From: Candidatus Thalassarchaeum betae
GTDB lineage: Archaea; Thermoplasmatota; Poseidoniia; Poseidoniales; Thalassarchaeaceae
DNA length: 64,000 bases
Direction: 5' to 3'
Assembly: GCA_003193925.1 (NCBI GenBank)
Contig: PSPG01000004.1
Location: 96,001-160,000 of the forward strand
Part shown: in pieces, positions 29,021 to 38,380 of the stretch
Layout of the letters: every line of letters begins with the position of its first letter
How positions within the stretch are numbered: position 1 is the stretch's first letter
Position numbers and translations under genes: made by a program
Notes under the pieces: generated by a model
Told to the model about the DNA's origin: nothing
The model's input: the letters and a program-made list of their open reading frames with translations, nothing else
The model's database searches: none

Positions 29021-30396
29021 ACTGCGTCGGGAGCTAGGAACTCGTCCAGCCTGTCCGCCCACATCTCCCTGCGCTCAGCCAGCTCGGTCAGCCACTCGGC
29101 GGCACTGTCGATGCAGACCTGCTTGATCTCACCCGCGAGCATCCTGCCACTCTCGTACTCGCTCCTGATCTCGGCTAGAGTGCCGTCATCGGACTCGAAG
29201 AAGAACTGCAGATACTGGAAAGCGACGTCCTTGGAGCAGTCCCCACCGAGCCTGCGGTGCTCCTCTGTGGTGGGCTGACCGCCGCTTAACGACCTCTGTA
29301 CCTTCCTCTCCATGTCCTCGATGCTCTCGTCCATGAAGATGGTAGTCTCGGGTTGCGAGGACGACATTTTGTCGCCGGTCATCCCGACTGCGAAACGGTG
29401 GTAGGTCGAGCATGGCGGCATCAGGCCCATTCCGCCCATCTCGCGCTCCAGCGTGAGCATGCGCATGCGCACGCGGGCGCGATCATCAAGCGCGGCACCA
29501 GGGATGTCCAACGTGCCGTACTTGGGGTTGGAGATGATGTCAGCGTATCCGAGAGGGGCGAGGGCCTGTGCCATGCGCTCGAAGACCGAATCCCGGACTG
29601 CTGAGTCGACTTGGCCTCCGGAGACTCCGAGAGCCGTCTGATTGTCCTCCTGGACGGACAATGAGACGGTCAGACCACCTTCCGTTCGCTGCTTGACGTT
29701 GAACCAGTGTGTCTTGCCGGCTATCCCTCTAGTGAGCCTGAGGTGCGGGTCCTGGTCGATGCCGACCGGGACCACTATCGGGCGGAGCCCGCCGTAGTCG
29801 TCGAGCTGGGGATGAATGATATCACCGACTTGTACCAGCGGTGCCTGCACGTGCGCGAGGTTGGTCCCACCGCTGAATCCGTAGATGGCCTCGAACTCTG
29901 AGAGGTTGGTCCTCCTACCGAGTGTGAATGCGAGCCTCTGCACCGCTGGCCGGGAGCTCTGGAAGTAGACGTTGGTGACATCGGGGTCGAGGCCGAGAGC
30001 AGCGTAGTTGTGGACATACTCGTTGATGGCCGTATCCCGTCCGTCCTTCAGCGAGGTGCCCCTGGTAGCGAGCGCCTCCAAGTCGGCCACTGTGACAGTG
30101 ATGTCGGCCCCTTGCTCCTGAAACCACCTGACTTGGTCGATCACCATCGAGTGGCCGAGGTGCATCCTGCCGCTGGGCATCAGACCAGTCAGTACCCCGA
30201 AGGGTTCGCTCCTCTGCATGCAGCCGAGCACGACATCGAGGTCGCGGTGGGCGAAAACGATGCCTCGGCGATGCAGCATCCCGGGATTGGGCAGCACCGA
30301 GGGGTCAACTGTGCCGAGTCCGAACTGCTCGATTAACCTCGCATAGTCATGCGTCTGGTCGGACGACCAGGGGTCGATGCGTTCGCCACCCGCCAC
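29017..30396 (-). CDS. trpS: Tryptophan--tRNA ligase (archaeal type with insertion)
   Basis: 'IDPW', 'MPSGRMHLGH', 'GIDQDPH', 'KMSSS'. Confidence 0.96.
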   Translation of the reverse strand: MAGGERIDPWSSDQTHDYARLIEQFGLGTVDPSVLPNPGMLHRRGIVFAHRDLDVVLGCMQRSEPFGVLTGLMPSGRMHLGHSMVIDQVRWFQEQGADITVTVADLEALATRGTSLKDGRDTAINEYVHNYAALGLDPDVTNVYFQSSRPAVQRLAFTLGRRTNLSEFEAIYGFSGGTNLAHVQAPLVQVGDIIHPQLDDYGGLRPIVVPVGIDQDPHLRLTRGIAGKTHWFNVKQRTEGGLTVSLSVQEDNQTALGVSGGQVDSAVRDSVFERMAQALAPLGYADIISNPKYGTLDIPGAALDDRARVRMRMLTLEREMGGMGLMPPCSTYHRFAVGMTGDKMSSSQPETTIFMDESIEDMERKVQRSLSGGQPTTEEHRRLGGDCSKDVAFQYLQFFFESDDGTLAEIRSEYESGRMLAGEIKQVCIDSAAEWLTELAERREMWADRLDEFLAPDAV

Positions 30397-30494
30397 GGTT
30401 CGTGGCCTGCAATACCCTCAATCAAGGCATCGCCCCTCGAAGGTGCCAGGTGGCGAACCGTTAGACCGAAGACCTCAGCCGTCTTCGCAGCCCC

Positions 30495-31556
30495 GTGGCA
30501 TCGATTCACTGCCTCGGGGCCGGCCTCGTCGGATCCTATGTCGCATGCAGGCTCGCCGACAGGGGGCACGAAGTCCACGTTCACGACATGAACCCCCAAT
30601 CGAGCGTCGTCGTCCACAAGGACATCACTATCCACCACGGCGATGCGCTCGATCACTGCGGGGAATTGTACGAGTTCGGGCAGGTCGACATCGTCGTCAA
30701 CATGCTGCCCGGTGAGATAGGGAAAATCGCAATGAACACCCTCAACGAGCAGCGCTACCGGACGGTTGACCTCAGTTTCAGCGACGACACCCCCGACCGC
30801 CATGACGAGAAGGCCAGGGACTGGGGTGCGAGTATCCTGTGGGACGTCGGGATAGCACCCGGCCTGTCGAACATGCTACTGGCCGAGGCCTATCGCAAAC
30901 TCGGCCCCTTAGCCAAGGGCGAGGTCAGGGTCGGGGGCAATCCGACCGGGCCGACGCAGGGCTGGAACTACATGGCCCCGTTCTCGCCCAAGGATGTCAT
31001 AGCAGAGTACACGAGGCCGGCGAGAGTCATCAGGGACTCCGAGGAAGTTGTCCTTCCGCCGCTGTCTGAGCGTCACATGATCGAAGTCCCCGAGCACGGC
31101 CAGATGGAGGCCTTCCTGACCGATGGGCTGCGCAGCGTGCTAAGCTCGATCCCCGCGGTCGAGATGTCGGAGTACACCATCCGCTGGCCTGGGCACATAC
31201 AGAAGTTCATCGACCAGAGGGACGCGGGGACCCTCGATGAGAATGAACTGCTCCACCACTGGTGGTACGACCACAAGACACCTGAGTTTACCTGGATGGA
31301 AGTCCGAGCCGAGGGTCACGATGGTTCTGAGATGGTTTGGAGGGTTGCTGACTACGGCGGTGATGATGGCTCGTCGATGGCACGCAGCACCGGCATGGTG
31401 ACCGTGTGCTGCGTCGAGGAGTGGCTGGCCGACCCCGACATGCTTCCACTCGGAGTGCACGCGCCCGAGACCCTAGCTCCCGAGGTGGTCGGGCGCATCA
31501 TCGATACCATGCGCTCGGAGGGAGTGAGAATAGAGGGGCCCGAGATAGGTTCCTGA
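30495..31556 (+). CDS. Saccharopine dehydrogenase / lysine 6-dehydrogenase family
   Basis: 'LGAGLVG', 'DVGIAPGLSN', 'EYTRPAR', 'EAFLTDGLRS', 'TIRWPGH', 'MARSTG'. Confidence 0.88.
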   Translation: MASIHCLGAGLVGSYVACRLADRGHEVHVHDMNPQSSVVVHKDITIHHGDALDHCGELYEFGQVDIVVNMLPGEIGKIAMNTLNEQRYRTVDLSFSDDTPDRHDEKARDWGASILWDVGIAPGLSNMLLAEAYRKLGPLAKGEVRVGGNPTGPTQGWNYMAPFSPKDVIAEYTRPARVIRDSEEVVLPPLSERHMIEVPEHGQMEAFLTDGLRSVLSSIPAVEMSEYTIRWPGHIQKFIDQRDAGTLDENELLHHWWYDHKTPEFTWMEVRAEGHDGSEMVWRVADYGGDDGSSMARSTGMVTVCCVEEWLADPDMLPLGVHAPETLAPEVVGRIIDTMRSEGVRIEGPEIGS

Positions 31557-32675
31557 CTACCTCTCCTCGGCATCCCTCATCGTCCGGTCGCGATTGACCA
31601 GCCACCTGATAGTCACTGGGGTTGCCACCAAGACGCAGATTGCGATTACCGGCAGCGCCCAATTCATCTCGATCTCCGCCGGTCGCTCGATGAGCCATGT
31701 GAACACGAGATCGGAATCGTGGAAGTCGGAGGACCAGTGGAACAGGTTGGTAGTGTGGTGACCGACGACGGTGATGGCGTGATGCAGTCCGTTGAAGGTC
31801 GTCAGAGGCTGAATATCCAAGCGAGTGGGCTCGGATTCGAAGCTCACCTTCGCGGTATTGCCGGCGGACAAGGTCAGCAATATCCCACCCTCCACCGAAC
31901 GCCAGCCTTCGCGTAGCACCTTGTCGGAGGCATTAAGCTCAGGAAACGGAGTGTCGTCGAAGCGCGTCACAGAGGTGATCGGAGAGTCGCTCTGGATGTC
32001 GATGCTGCCGGGGACGAGCCAATCCCCGGAGACTGGTAAGGCGAGTTCGACGGAAAGCATCCCGCCCTCATGAGTGGTCGTGAATCTGGAGTTGGCCTCC
32101 GCGTGCTTGACCCACTCGCCCCAGGTGGTGAACCACACATCCTGCTGCTCTAGCCAAGATATGACGTCCTTGTCTTCTCTGAGCTTGAGGTCTTCGACCC
32201 TGGCTTTCCAGTAGATGCTGACTAGGCTGTCCTCCTCGGCCGACTCCAAGAGGTATTGGTCCGCTATGCCCAGCTCGAGGCTGCCCCCGTTGCGGACCAC
32301 GGAAGTCAGCCCCTCCGGCTGCTCTGTGAGCATGTCACCGACTATCTCGAAGCGGGCGCTGATCAAAGCGGCGATTGTCGAGGCATCGAGTTGCTCTCCG
32401 GGCACCCCGAATGAGATTGGATGCGTCCCCCAGCGCGAGGCATTGGTGAATTCAGTCAGGTAGCTGGAACAGTCCTGAACGACCCAGTCCTCCTCGCGAA
32501 TGTCGAGTCCTTCGTAGCCATGGCAGCCGAATTCGTCGCCGTGAGCCAGTCTCTCGGGGCCGATGATGTTCCGCAGCCAGTTGTCATCTCCCCACTCCCC
32601 AACCACCGCTGGAGCAGTGGTGGGGATGGCCAGCAATGCGACCATGAGCAAGCCTGCGATGCACCTTTTCCGCAC
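31557..32675 (-). CDS. Secreted, C-terminally anchored hypothetical protein
   Basis: Signal peptide 'MRKRCIAGLLMVALLAIP' from GTG 32675; 'VWFTTWGE' recalls deacetylase-like folds; C-terminal TM. Confidence 0.75.
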   Translation of the reverse strand: MRKRCIAGLLMVALLAIPTTAPAVVGEWGDDNWLRNIIGPERLAHGDEFGCHGYEGLDIREEDWVVQDCSSYLTEFTNASRWGTHPISFGVPGEQLDASTIAALISARFEIVGDMLTEQPEGLTSVVRNGGSLELGIADQYLLESAEEDSLVSIYWKARVEDLKLREDKDVISWLEQQDVWFTTWGEWVKHAEANSRFTTTHEGGMLSVELALPVSGDWLVPGSIDIQSDSPITSVTRFDDTPFPELNASDKVLREGWRSVEGGILLTLSAGNTAKVSFESEPTRLDIQPLTTFNGLHHAITVVGHHTTNLFHWSSDFHDSDLVFTWLIERPAEIEMNWALPVIAICVLVATPVTIRWLVNRDRTMRDAEER

Positions 32676-32757
32676 AATTACCGGTAATCGGAACTCACCA
32701 TCAAGTCTTGCGTCAGCGCGGGAAACCATCAAGCGCGTGACCTCCGGCCCGGTAGCG

Positions 32758-33534
32758 ATGGCATCGCTGTCCGAGGCTTCGCTCCAGTCCCTCTCTGGCG
32801 CTGTGGGCTTAGAGGGAACGGGCAGGCCATTCAAGACGCCGCTGCTTTACTACCTAGTCATAGGTGCCCTAGTCACCCCCATACGCAGCTTCACCGACGT
32901 CCGCTTCCATGGGCTTGGCAGAATCCCCAGCTCCGGTCCGGCCATCATCGTGTGCAACCACATCTCAATATTCGACGGGATATTCAAGACACAGGCCGTC
33001 CGCAGGCCCGTCCACTATCTCTCGAAGAAGGAAAACTTCGTCAACCCATTTTTACGCTTCGTGATGACCAGCACCGGCCAGATCAAGACCTCCAGGCAGA
33101 CGGGGGCCTCCGATGCTATGGCACGCGCAGTCGATGTCCTGGACGCCGGAATACCCATCGGAATCTTTCCCGAGGGTACGCGGAGCCGCAAGACGGAGCC
33201 GCCCTACCTCCAGCGGGGCAAGACTGGTGCAGCCCGACTGGCAGCTCGCTTCCCTCACGTTCCGATAGTCCCAATGGTCATGATTGGCACAAGGGAGATG
33301 ATGATACCGGAAAAGAAGCTAATCAAGCCATGGAAGAGGGTGGAAGTCAACATAGACGAGCCGATCACCTTCGCCCAGTGGGTCGCAGACCCGGAAGGCG
33401 GTGGCCTCTCCGACGATGATGTCGCCACGTTGATGCTGCTCGGCGAGGATGAGCGGAGAGACAGGATGGGCGCGTTGTACCGCCGGTTCACCGACCAGTT
33501 GATGGAGACCCTGCGTCGGATGGGCGCGCCTTAG
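32758..33534 (+). CDS. plsC: Lysophospholipid/1-acyl-glycerol-3-phosphate acyltransferase (PlsC family)
   Basis: HX4D motif 'NHISIFD' and 'IFPEGTRS'. Confidence 0.9.
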   Translation: MASLSEASLQSLSGAVGLEGTGRPFKTPLLYYLVIGALVTPIRSFTDVRFHGLGRIPSSGPAIIVCNHISIFDGIFKTQAVRRPVHYLSKKENFVNPFLRFVMTSTGQIKTSRQTGASDAMARAVDVLDAGIPIGIFPEGTRSRKTEPPYLQRGKTGAARLAARFPHVPIVPMVMIGTREMMIPEKKLIKPWKRVEVNIDEPITFAQWVADPEGGGLSDDDVATLMLLGEDERRDRMGALYRRFTDQLMETLRRMGAP

Positions 33535-33587
33535 TGGAAACGTTGCCGCATTCTTGATGGACTACCGACGCACAGGTCGGATAGCCT

Positions 33588-34382
33588 ATGCAGCAGTATC
33601 TCGATTTCCTGCGTCGCATCCTCAGTGAGGGAGAGGAGAAGGGCGACCGGACCGGTACTGGGACAATCTCCGTTTTCGGCCACCAGATGCGCTTCGACCT
33701 CTCTGACGGCTTCCCTGCCGTGACCACGAAGAGGCTGCACTGGCCGAGTATCATACACGAGCTCCTGTGGTTCCTCTCGGGAGACACCAACGTGGGCTAC
33801 CTACAGGACAACAAGGTCAGGATCTGGAACGAGTGGGCCGACGAGGAGGGTGATTTGGGACCCGTCTACGGTAAGCAGTGGCGCAAATGGGAGACCGACG
33901 ATGGGGGGGTGGTCGACCAGATCGAGAACGCTATCGATCTGATCTGCAACGAGCCCGACAGCCGGCGCATCATCGTCTCCGCCTGGAACGTGGGCGAGCT
34001 CGACGAGATGGCGCTGATGCCGTGCCACGCCTTCTTCCAGTTCTACGTCAACGACGGCAGGCTGTCGTGCCAGCTCTACCAGAGGAGTGCCGACGCCTTC
34101 CTAGGCGTGCCGTTCAACATCTCCTCTTACAGCCTGCTGACCTGCCTGATGGCGCAGGTATGCGGCCTCGAGCCGGGCGAGTTCGTCTGGACCGGGGGCG
34201 ACTGCCACCTCTACCTCAATCACCTCGAGCAGGCGAGGCTGCAGATCACACGAGTGCCTCTCGAACTGCCCAGACTCAGGCTCGACCCCATCGTGACCTC
34301 GATAGACGACTTCCGCTCCGAGCACATCGAGATCGAGGGCTACGACCACCATCCCCACATTTCTGCTCCGATTTCTGTCTGA
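33588..34382 (+). CDS. thyA: Thymidylate synthase (bacterial type)
   Basis: 'DRTGTGT', 'ELLWF', 'GPVYGKQWR', 'MALMPCH', 'YQRSAD', 264 aa. Confidence 0.97.
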   Translation: MQQYLDFLRRILSEGEEKGDRTGTGTISVFGHQMRFDLSDGFPAVTTKRLHWPSIIHELLWFLSGDTNVGYLQDNKVRIWNEWADEEGDLGPVYGKQWRKWETDDGGVVDQIENAIDLICNEPDSRRIIVSAWNVGELDEMALMPCHAFFQFYVNDGRLSCQLYQRSADAFLGVPFNISSYSLLTCLMAQVCGLEPGEFVWTGGDCHLYLNHLEQARLQITRVPLELPRLRLDPIVTSIDDFRSEHIEIEGYDHHPHISAPISV

Positions 34383-34391
34383 GGTGAGCAG

Positions 34392-34901
34392 GTGAGGATG
34401 GCGATGGTCGTTGCGATGGACGAGGAGGGTTTCATCGGCAGGGGCAATCGGCTTCCCTGGCGCCTAACCAGCGACATGGCCCGGTTCAAGCGGCTCACAG
34501 AAGGTGACGGCTTCAACTCGGTCATCATGGGAAGGAAGACCTGGGACTCCCTGTCCGAGGGGTACAGGCCACTGCCCGAGCGCGTCAACATCGTCATGTC
34601 GCGCGACACACAATGGCAGGCTGAGGGAGCTGAGACAGCCCTCTACGTCGGCCGCGCGATTGAGCTCGCCTTCGCCGAGGGCAGCGATGAGTGCTGGATC
34701 ATCGGTGGGGCGCAGGTCTACGAGATGTTCCTCGACAGGGTGGATGAGATCCACGTGACCACCGTGCACACCAGCGGCAGTGGCGAGGTGCGTTTCCCGG
34801 ATTGGGATCGCAGCGGGTGGTCTGCGGAGGTCGTCGAGCGGCAGGAAGCAGACGGTGACAACGAACACTCAACGACGTACTCGGTCTGGACCAAGTCCTG
34901 A
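34392..34901 (+). CDS. folA: Dihydrofolate reductase
   Basis: 'IG....LPW', 'MGRKTWDS', 'PLPERVNIV', 'IIGGAQVY'. Confidence 0.96.
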   Translation: MRMAMVVAMDEEGFIGRGNRLPWRLTSDMARFKRLTEGDGFNSVIMGRKTWDSLSEGYRPLPERVNIVMSRDTQWQAEGAETALYVGRAIELAFAEGSDECWIIGGAQVYEMFLDRVDEIHVTTVHTSGSGEVRFPDWDRSGWSAEVVERQEADGDNEHSTTYSVWTKS

Positions 34902-34963
34902 ATCAGTCCCTACCAATGCAACTGACAGGAGTTGGAAGGGGGGGGCCTTTGAAACAGAATATC

Positions 34964-35410
34964 TCATTGATGCTGCTTTTGATACAAATCAATCCACTCT
35001 TGAACAGACATCTTGGAGCACAACTCCCCCACCAATTCATAGGGAATATTGGACGTGTTTTTGAATCGAATGCAACTCTTACCCATGTCAAGTTTAGTCT
35101 TGCAGTGATTAGGATATTCCTGCGTGAACCATTCTAATAGAGCAGGACTAGCATAGATGCCCATGTGGTAAAGCCCAATGTGTCGCCGCTGAGATGCAAT
35201 ACTCAGGAATGGTAGCGGCAATTCTGGGTCAACGTGATAACCTTCTGGGAATAGAGAATGAGGGACAACCCAACTTGGCATATTGTAGTTGATCATCTCT
35301 TCAAAGCCATCTGGCAAGTTCGAACGAATTGTGTCTCTCAGTTTCTCCATGGCTTCCTTCCTATCTGCAGGTAGGGTGCTGAAATACTCTTCAAAGGCAG
35401 TCACAATCAT
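34964..35410 (-). CDS. DUF1801/YdhG-like protein
   Basis: 'PDGFEE.INYNMP', 'GYHVDP..PLPF', 'DMGKSCIRFK'; AT-richer than flanks. Confidence 0.85.
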   Translation of the reverse strand: MIVTAFEEYFSTLPADRKEAMEKLRDTIRSNLPDGFEEMINYNMPSWVVPHSLFPEGYHVDPELPLPFLSIASQRRHIGLYHMGIYASPALLEWFTQEYPNHCKTKLDMGKSCIRFKNTSNIPYELVGELCSKMSVQEWIDLYQKQHQ

Positions 35411-35583
35411 TTCTAGAAGTCATAGGATATAATCCGTGAACTATCGACATTGGTCAGTTCACAAGGGTTCATCCGAAAACCCATGCGAATGGAATTGCTG
35501 TCCGAATGGGCTTTGCGTGGGCCAGTCTAGACACTAGCGTATGACGCGTCCCTCCCCGCCGCGTACTGAATTATCTCGTGTGA

Positions 35584-36030
35584 TTAGGAATATTGACGGT
35601 TAATTCTGATGAACTCGGCCAGCACAGTATCCCATCCCTCGTCGTACCTATCTCGGACCTCCGCTGCTCCATCTCCTAGTCTCTCCCAATTATCGTGAGA
35701 TAGGCTGACTTCGGTACCACCTTCCCTCTGGGTGAAGTGGACGCTTATGACAGTCGGTCCGGATGCCTCTGGATTGACCTTCCATTCCATCCCAAAGCGA
35801 TTCGGCGGCTCCCATATAGACACAACTCCCCAATCCGCCTCGGTCCCATCGTAATGAATCTCGTAGATCCTCCCCCCCAAGTGCCCCTCTACCGTTGCAG
35901 CCTTCGTGATGCTGTTCCCGATGGAGTGTGTGGCAAGAGGCCACCATTCGGATAGTCTAGCGGTGAATATCTCGAAGGCTTGGCCGATTTGCGTATCCAC
36001 GGAAATCGATTTGCGGACTGGTTCGATCAT
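35584..36030 (-). CDS. SRPBCC/AHSA1 domain protein
   Basis: 'AFEIFT..LSEWWP', 'WEPPNR', 'GTEVSLSH', 'GWDTVL'. Confidence 0.88.
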   Translation of the reverse strand: MIEPVRKSISVDTQIGQAFEIFTARLSEWWPLATHSIGNSITKAATVEGHLGGRIYEIHYDGTEADWGVVSIWEPPNRFGMEWKVNPEASGPTVISVHFTQREGGTEVSLSHDNWERLGDGAAEVRDRYDEGWDTVLAEFIRINRQYS

Positions 36031-36205
36031 GAGCGCACATCGGACGGAGTATCATCAACATTGCTCCGCTATTCCAATTCCTAGTTGATCTAACCCCTGA
36101 GCTTCCGGACTCACAAGCAACTGACCTAGGACTGGAGGAGACCGGGGACGCCCTCGGTCTAATATAGCCGATTAACCAGTGAGATACAAACAGAGGAAAT
36201 GCATC

Positions 36206-36574
36206 ATGACGAGCCAGACCGTCGTCTATACGGTTTCCGCGACGATTTTCGCAATATTGTTCGGTGAACTGATATTACCAGCATCAATTGGTAATTCTCC
36301 GCCAATACTGAGCAATCCTGTGACGTTCGTGGCAATGTCGTTCTATTATGTGGCGATCTCATTCATATTTTCAATAATACTCGGAAAATACGGTACGAAA
36401 ATGGCACTCGCCGCGTTTTTCGTGTACGGGGGCATCGTCGAGTTGATTCTTTTCGGCAATGCAGGAGATGTAGTAGGATTCTTGTTTTTCGGAGGCCTGT
36501 ACATTTTCCTGTTCGGAGTTCCGATCTGGATCACGGATAAATTGACGGTGAGAGGGCAACATTCCGAAACTTGA
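36206..36574 (+). CDS. Small four-TM hypothetical membrane protein
   Basis: Hydrophobic ORF, SD-like GAGGA before ATG 36206; AT-rich. Confidence 0.7.
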   Translation: MTSQTVVYTVSATIFAILFGELILPASIGNSPPILSNPVTFVAMSFYYVAISFIFSIILGKYGTKMALAAFFVYGGIVELILFGNAGDVVGFLFFGGLYIFLFGVPIWITDKLTVRGQHSET

Positions 36575-36613
36575 GTGCATGGGTACCCTTGAGATTGCGG
36601 AATGGTTTCCTGA

Positions 36614-36654
36614 ATGTAATACTTTTATCTGTTCGTTCACTCAGAGTATTACAT
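36614..36654. promoter_or_regulatory. 10-bp inverted repeat straddling the TATA box of the microprotein gene
   Basis: ATGTAATACT (36614-36623) / AGTATTACAT (36645-36654). Confidence 0.5.
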
Positions 36655-36814
36655 GCGCTGGCCCCCCCACCATAGTGAATACGAAGAGGGAGACGGTTTC
36701 GGTGACGAGGAGGGTGCTTATTGTAGTGAACTAGGTTGCATGAATAAGGCTGCATACCACTATAGAACAAATGGGGGCCAGCGTTTCCTCTGTAAGGAAC
36801 ATTACCGCGGATGA
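36653..36814 (+). CDS. 53-aa putative zinc-finger microprotein (absent from ORF track)
   Basis: MRWPPHHSEYEEGDGFGDEEGAYCSELGCMNKAAYHYRTNGGQRFLCKEHYRG; C-x4-C-x17-C-x2-H; TTTAT exactly 24 nt upstream of ATG. Confidence 0.7.
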   Translation: MRWPPHHSEYEEGDGFGDEEGAYCSELGCMNKAAYHYRTNGGQRFLCKEHYRG

Positions 36815-36858
36815 GTGGGCCCTCTATTACAACCTCATCAACAAGGGTACCCATCGAT

Positions 36859-37248
36859 TCACTGGTCGGTATACTCAGTGACTCGAATTCCGAGATTCCC
36901 CCTACGCGCCTTCCTCTGCATTATCCGGTCCATCTTGCGGTGGAACTCAGACTCGAGGTCTACCTTCATCGCGAGTGAGTGGCCCATAAGCAGAATCAGC
37001 AGGTCGGCCAGCTCCTCGGCAGCCTCCTCGAGTGGTTTGCCCTTGGTAATAGCCGCTGCGAACTCCCCCAGTTCCTCGACGGTGAGCGCAATGCGATAGC
37101 CCATGTCGTGACCGTTGTTCTCGGGGTCGGCGAAGGCGTGCTTGTGGTGGAACGCCGCCACTCGGGACATCATCGTCATCCAAGAGCCGTCAGGGCTATC
37201 CTGCGCCTCGATCTCAATCCAGTCGTCCACGGTAACGAGTCGTTCCAT
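36859..37248 (-). CDS. MazG-like nucleotide pyrophosphohydrolase
   Basis: 'VEELGEF...EELADL'. Confidence 0.88.
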   Translation of the reverse strand: MERLVTVDDWIEIEAQDSPDGSWMTMMSRVAAFHHKHAFADPENNGHDMGYRIALTVEELGEFAAAITKGKPLEEAAEELADLLILLMGHSLAMKVDLESEFHRKMDRIMQRKARRGNLGIRVTEYTDQ

Positions 37249-37273
37249 GAATCATGCTACGCGAGGAGCCCCA

Positions 37274-37606
37274 TCAACGTAGTTCCCTGCCCGGTGGCGG
37301 CTGCTTGGGATCCCTGGCCTCATATGGCAGCACCATGACCAGTCCGCCTACTCCGGCTACCACGAACAAGCCCAGTGACCCTAGAAAGTTCGTCGTCTTG
37401 CGCGCTTTTTCCCCCTCCAACTCCCCGCACAACACTGGATCGGGAGACTCAACGGTATTCAGGACCAGTAGCCTGTACCCCATGTCACACTCACGCTCGT
37501 GCTCCCTGACCGCGTCGTCGTGCTCCTGCATCAGATCCATCGTCATAGGGAACAGAAACAAGGCGCACCCAATCAGGACGAAGCCGATCTTTGGATCCCT
37601 GTCCAA
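37274..37606 (-). CDS. Small two-TM membrane protein with a Cys pair in the loop
   Basis: Two hydrophobic segments; abuts the upstream MTAP stop; TTG start. Confidence 0.65.
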   Translation of the reverse strand: MDRDPKIGFVLIGCALFLFPMTMDLMQEHDDAVREHERECDMGYRLLVLNTVESPDPVLCGELEGEKARKTTNFLGSLGLFVVAGVGGLVMVLPYEARDPKQPPPGRELR

Positions 37607-38380
37607 CTAATCACCTAACTCGGCTAGAAGCGCTATCATGCAATTGCCGAGGCGCTCACTCATGGTGGCCGCTACAGCATCGACCGCTTCATGGTCGATG
37701 GCAGAATCAGGAGAGCCCGGGTTTCTTCCAGCGGCCCAGTTGGAGCAACACGAAAGTGCGACATGAGGAATTCCCCGTTCGGACATCAATCGTGATTCGG
37801 GGCCGAGAGTCATGCCGACCGCGTCCGCACCGAGCCGCTCGAGGGCGTCGATCTCCGAAGGTGACTCGAACTGTGGACCGATGCACTGCGCCACGACTAT
37901 CCCGCTCGGCACTATTCCTTGACTTACCTCAATGGTCCTCACACAAGCTTCGGAGGCGGCTGAGTCAAAGGGTGATGTCCTGTCGGCATGTGACGCATTA
38001 TCGTCATGGAACGTCCAAGGCCTCTCAGCGAGGTCAAGTACGTCGCCCGCGACTGCAATGGTCCCAGGCGGCATGTCCTCGCGCATGGTGCCAACCGAGT
38101 TGATGCTCACCACCAGGTCTGGCTGACAGCTCGCGGCTGCGTGAACGTTGGCGCGATGCTCGATCATGTGAGGCGGAGTCCTGCTGCCGTCGTCGGAGTG
38201 GTGGCGGTCGATCAGCAGAAGCTCCCCCTCTGGGAGCCCAACCAGAGTGGCAGGCACCTGGCCCCAGTTTGAGTCGATACGGAGTGCATCCGAAGTTGCC
38301 CCTTGCATCAAAGCGAGTTCGGATGTAAACGCACTCATTCCAGTACCACAGAGCACCGCGATGCGGGCCACAGTACTCAC
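37607..38380 (-). CDS. MTAP-family purine nucleoside phosphorylase
   Basis: 'GTG', 'RH...PPH.I.HRAN', 'GPQFESPSE', 'VGMT..PE', 'NWAAG'. Confidence 0.9.
   Translation of the reverse strand: MSTVARIAVLCGTGMSAFTSELALMQGATSDALRIDSNWGQVPATLVGLPEGELLLIDRHHSDDGSRTPPHMIEHRANVHAAASCQPDLVVSINSVGTMREDMPPGTIAVAGDVLDLAERPWTFHDDNASHADRTSPFDSAASEACVRTIEVSQGIVPSGIVVAQCIGPQFESPSEIDALERLGADAVGMTLGPESRLMSERGIPHVALSCCSNWAAGRNPGSPDSAIDHEAVDAVAATMSERLGNCMIALLAELGD

Larger units (their letters stand above)
36579..36854. repeat. 13-bp inverted repeats bounding a 276-bp unit
   Basis: ATGGGTACCCTTG (36579-36591) / CAAGGGTACCCAT (36842-36854). Confidence 0.45.

Noticed and set aside
29430-29715. Insertion in TrpRS as a novelty
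   Set aside because: Comparable insertions occur in other euryarchaeal TrpRS proteins
36531-36854. 107-aa minus-strand ORF
   Set aside because: Overlaps the 36206-36574 gene and has no recognisable features; the plus-strand Zn-finger ORF has better promoter and motif support
34902-36858. Integron cassette array or CRISPR array
   Set aside because: No integrase, mixed gene orientation, and no regularly spaced identical repeats anywhere in the window
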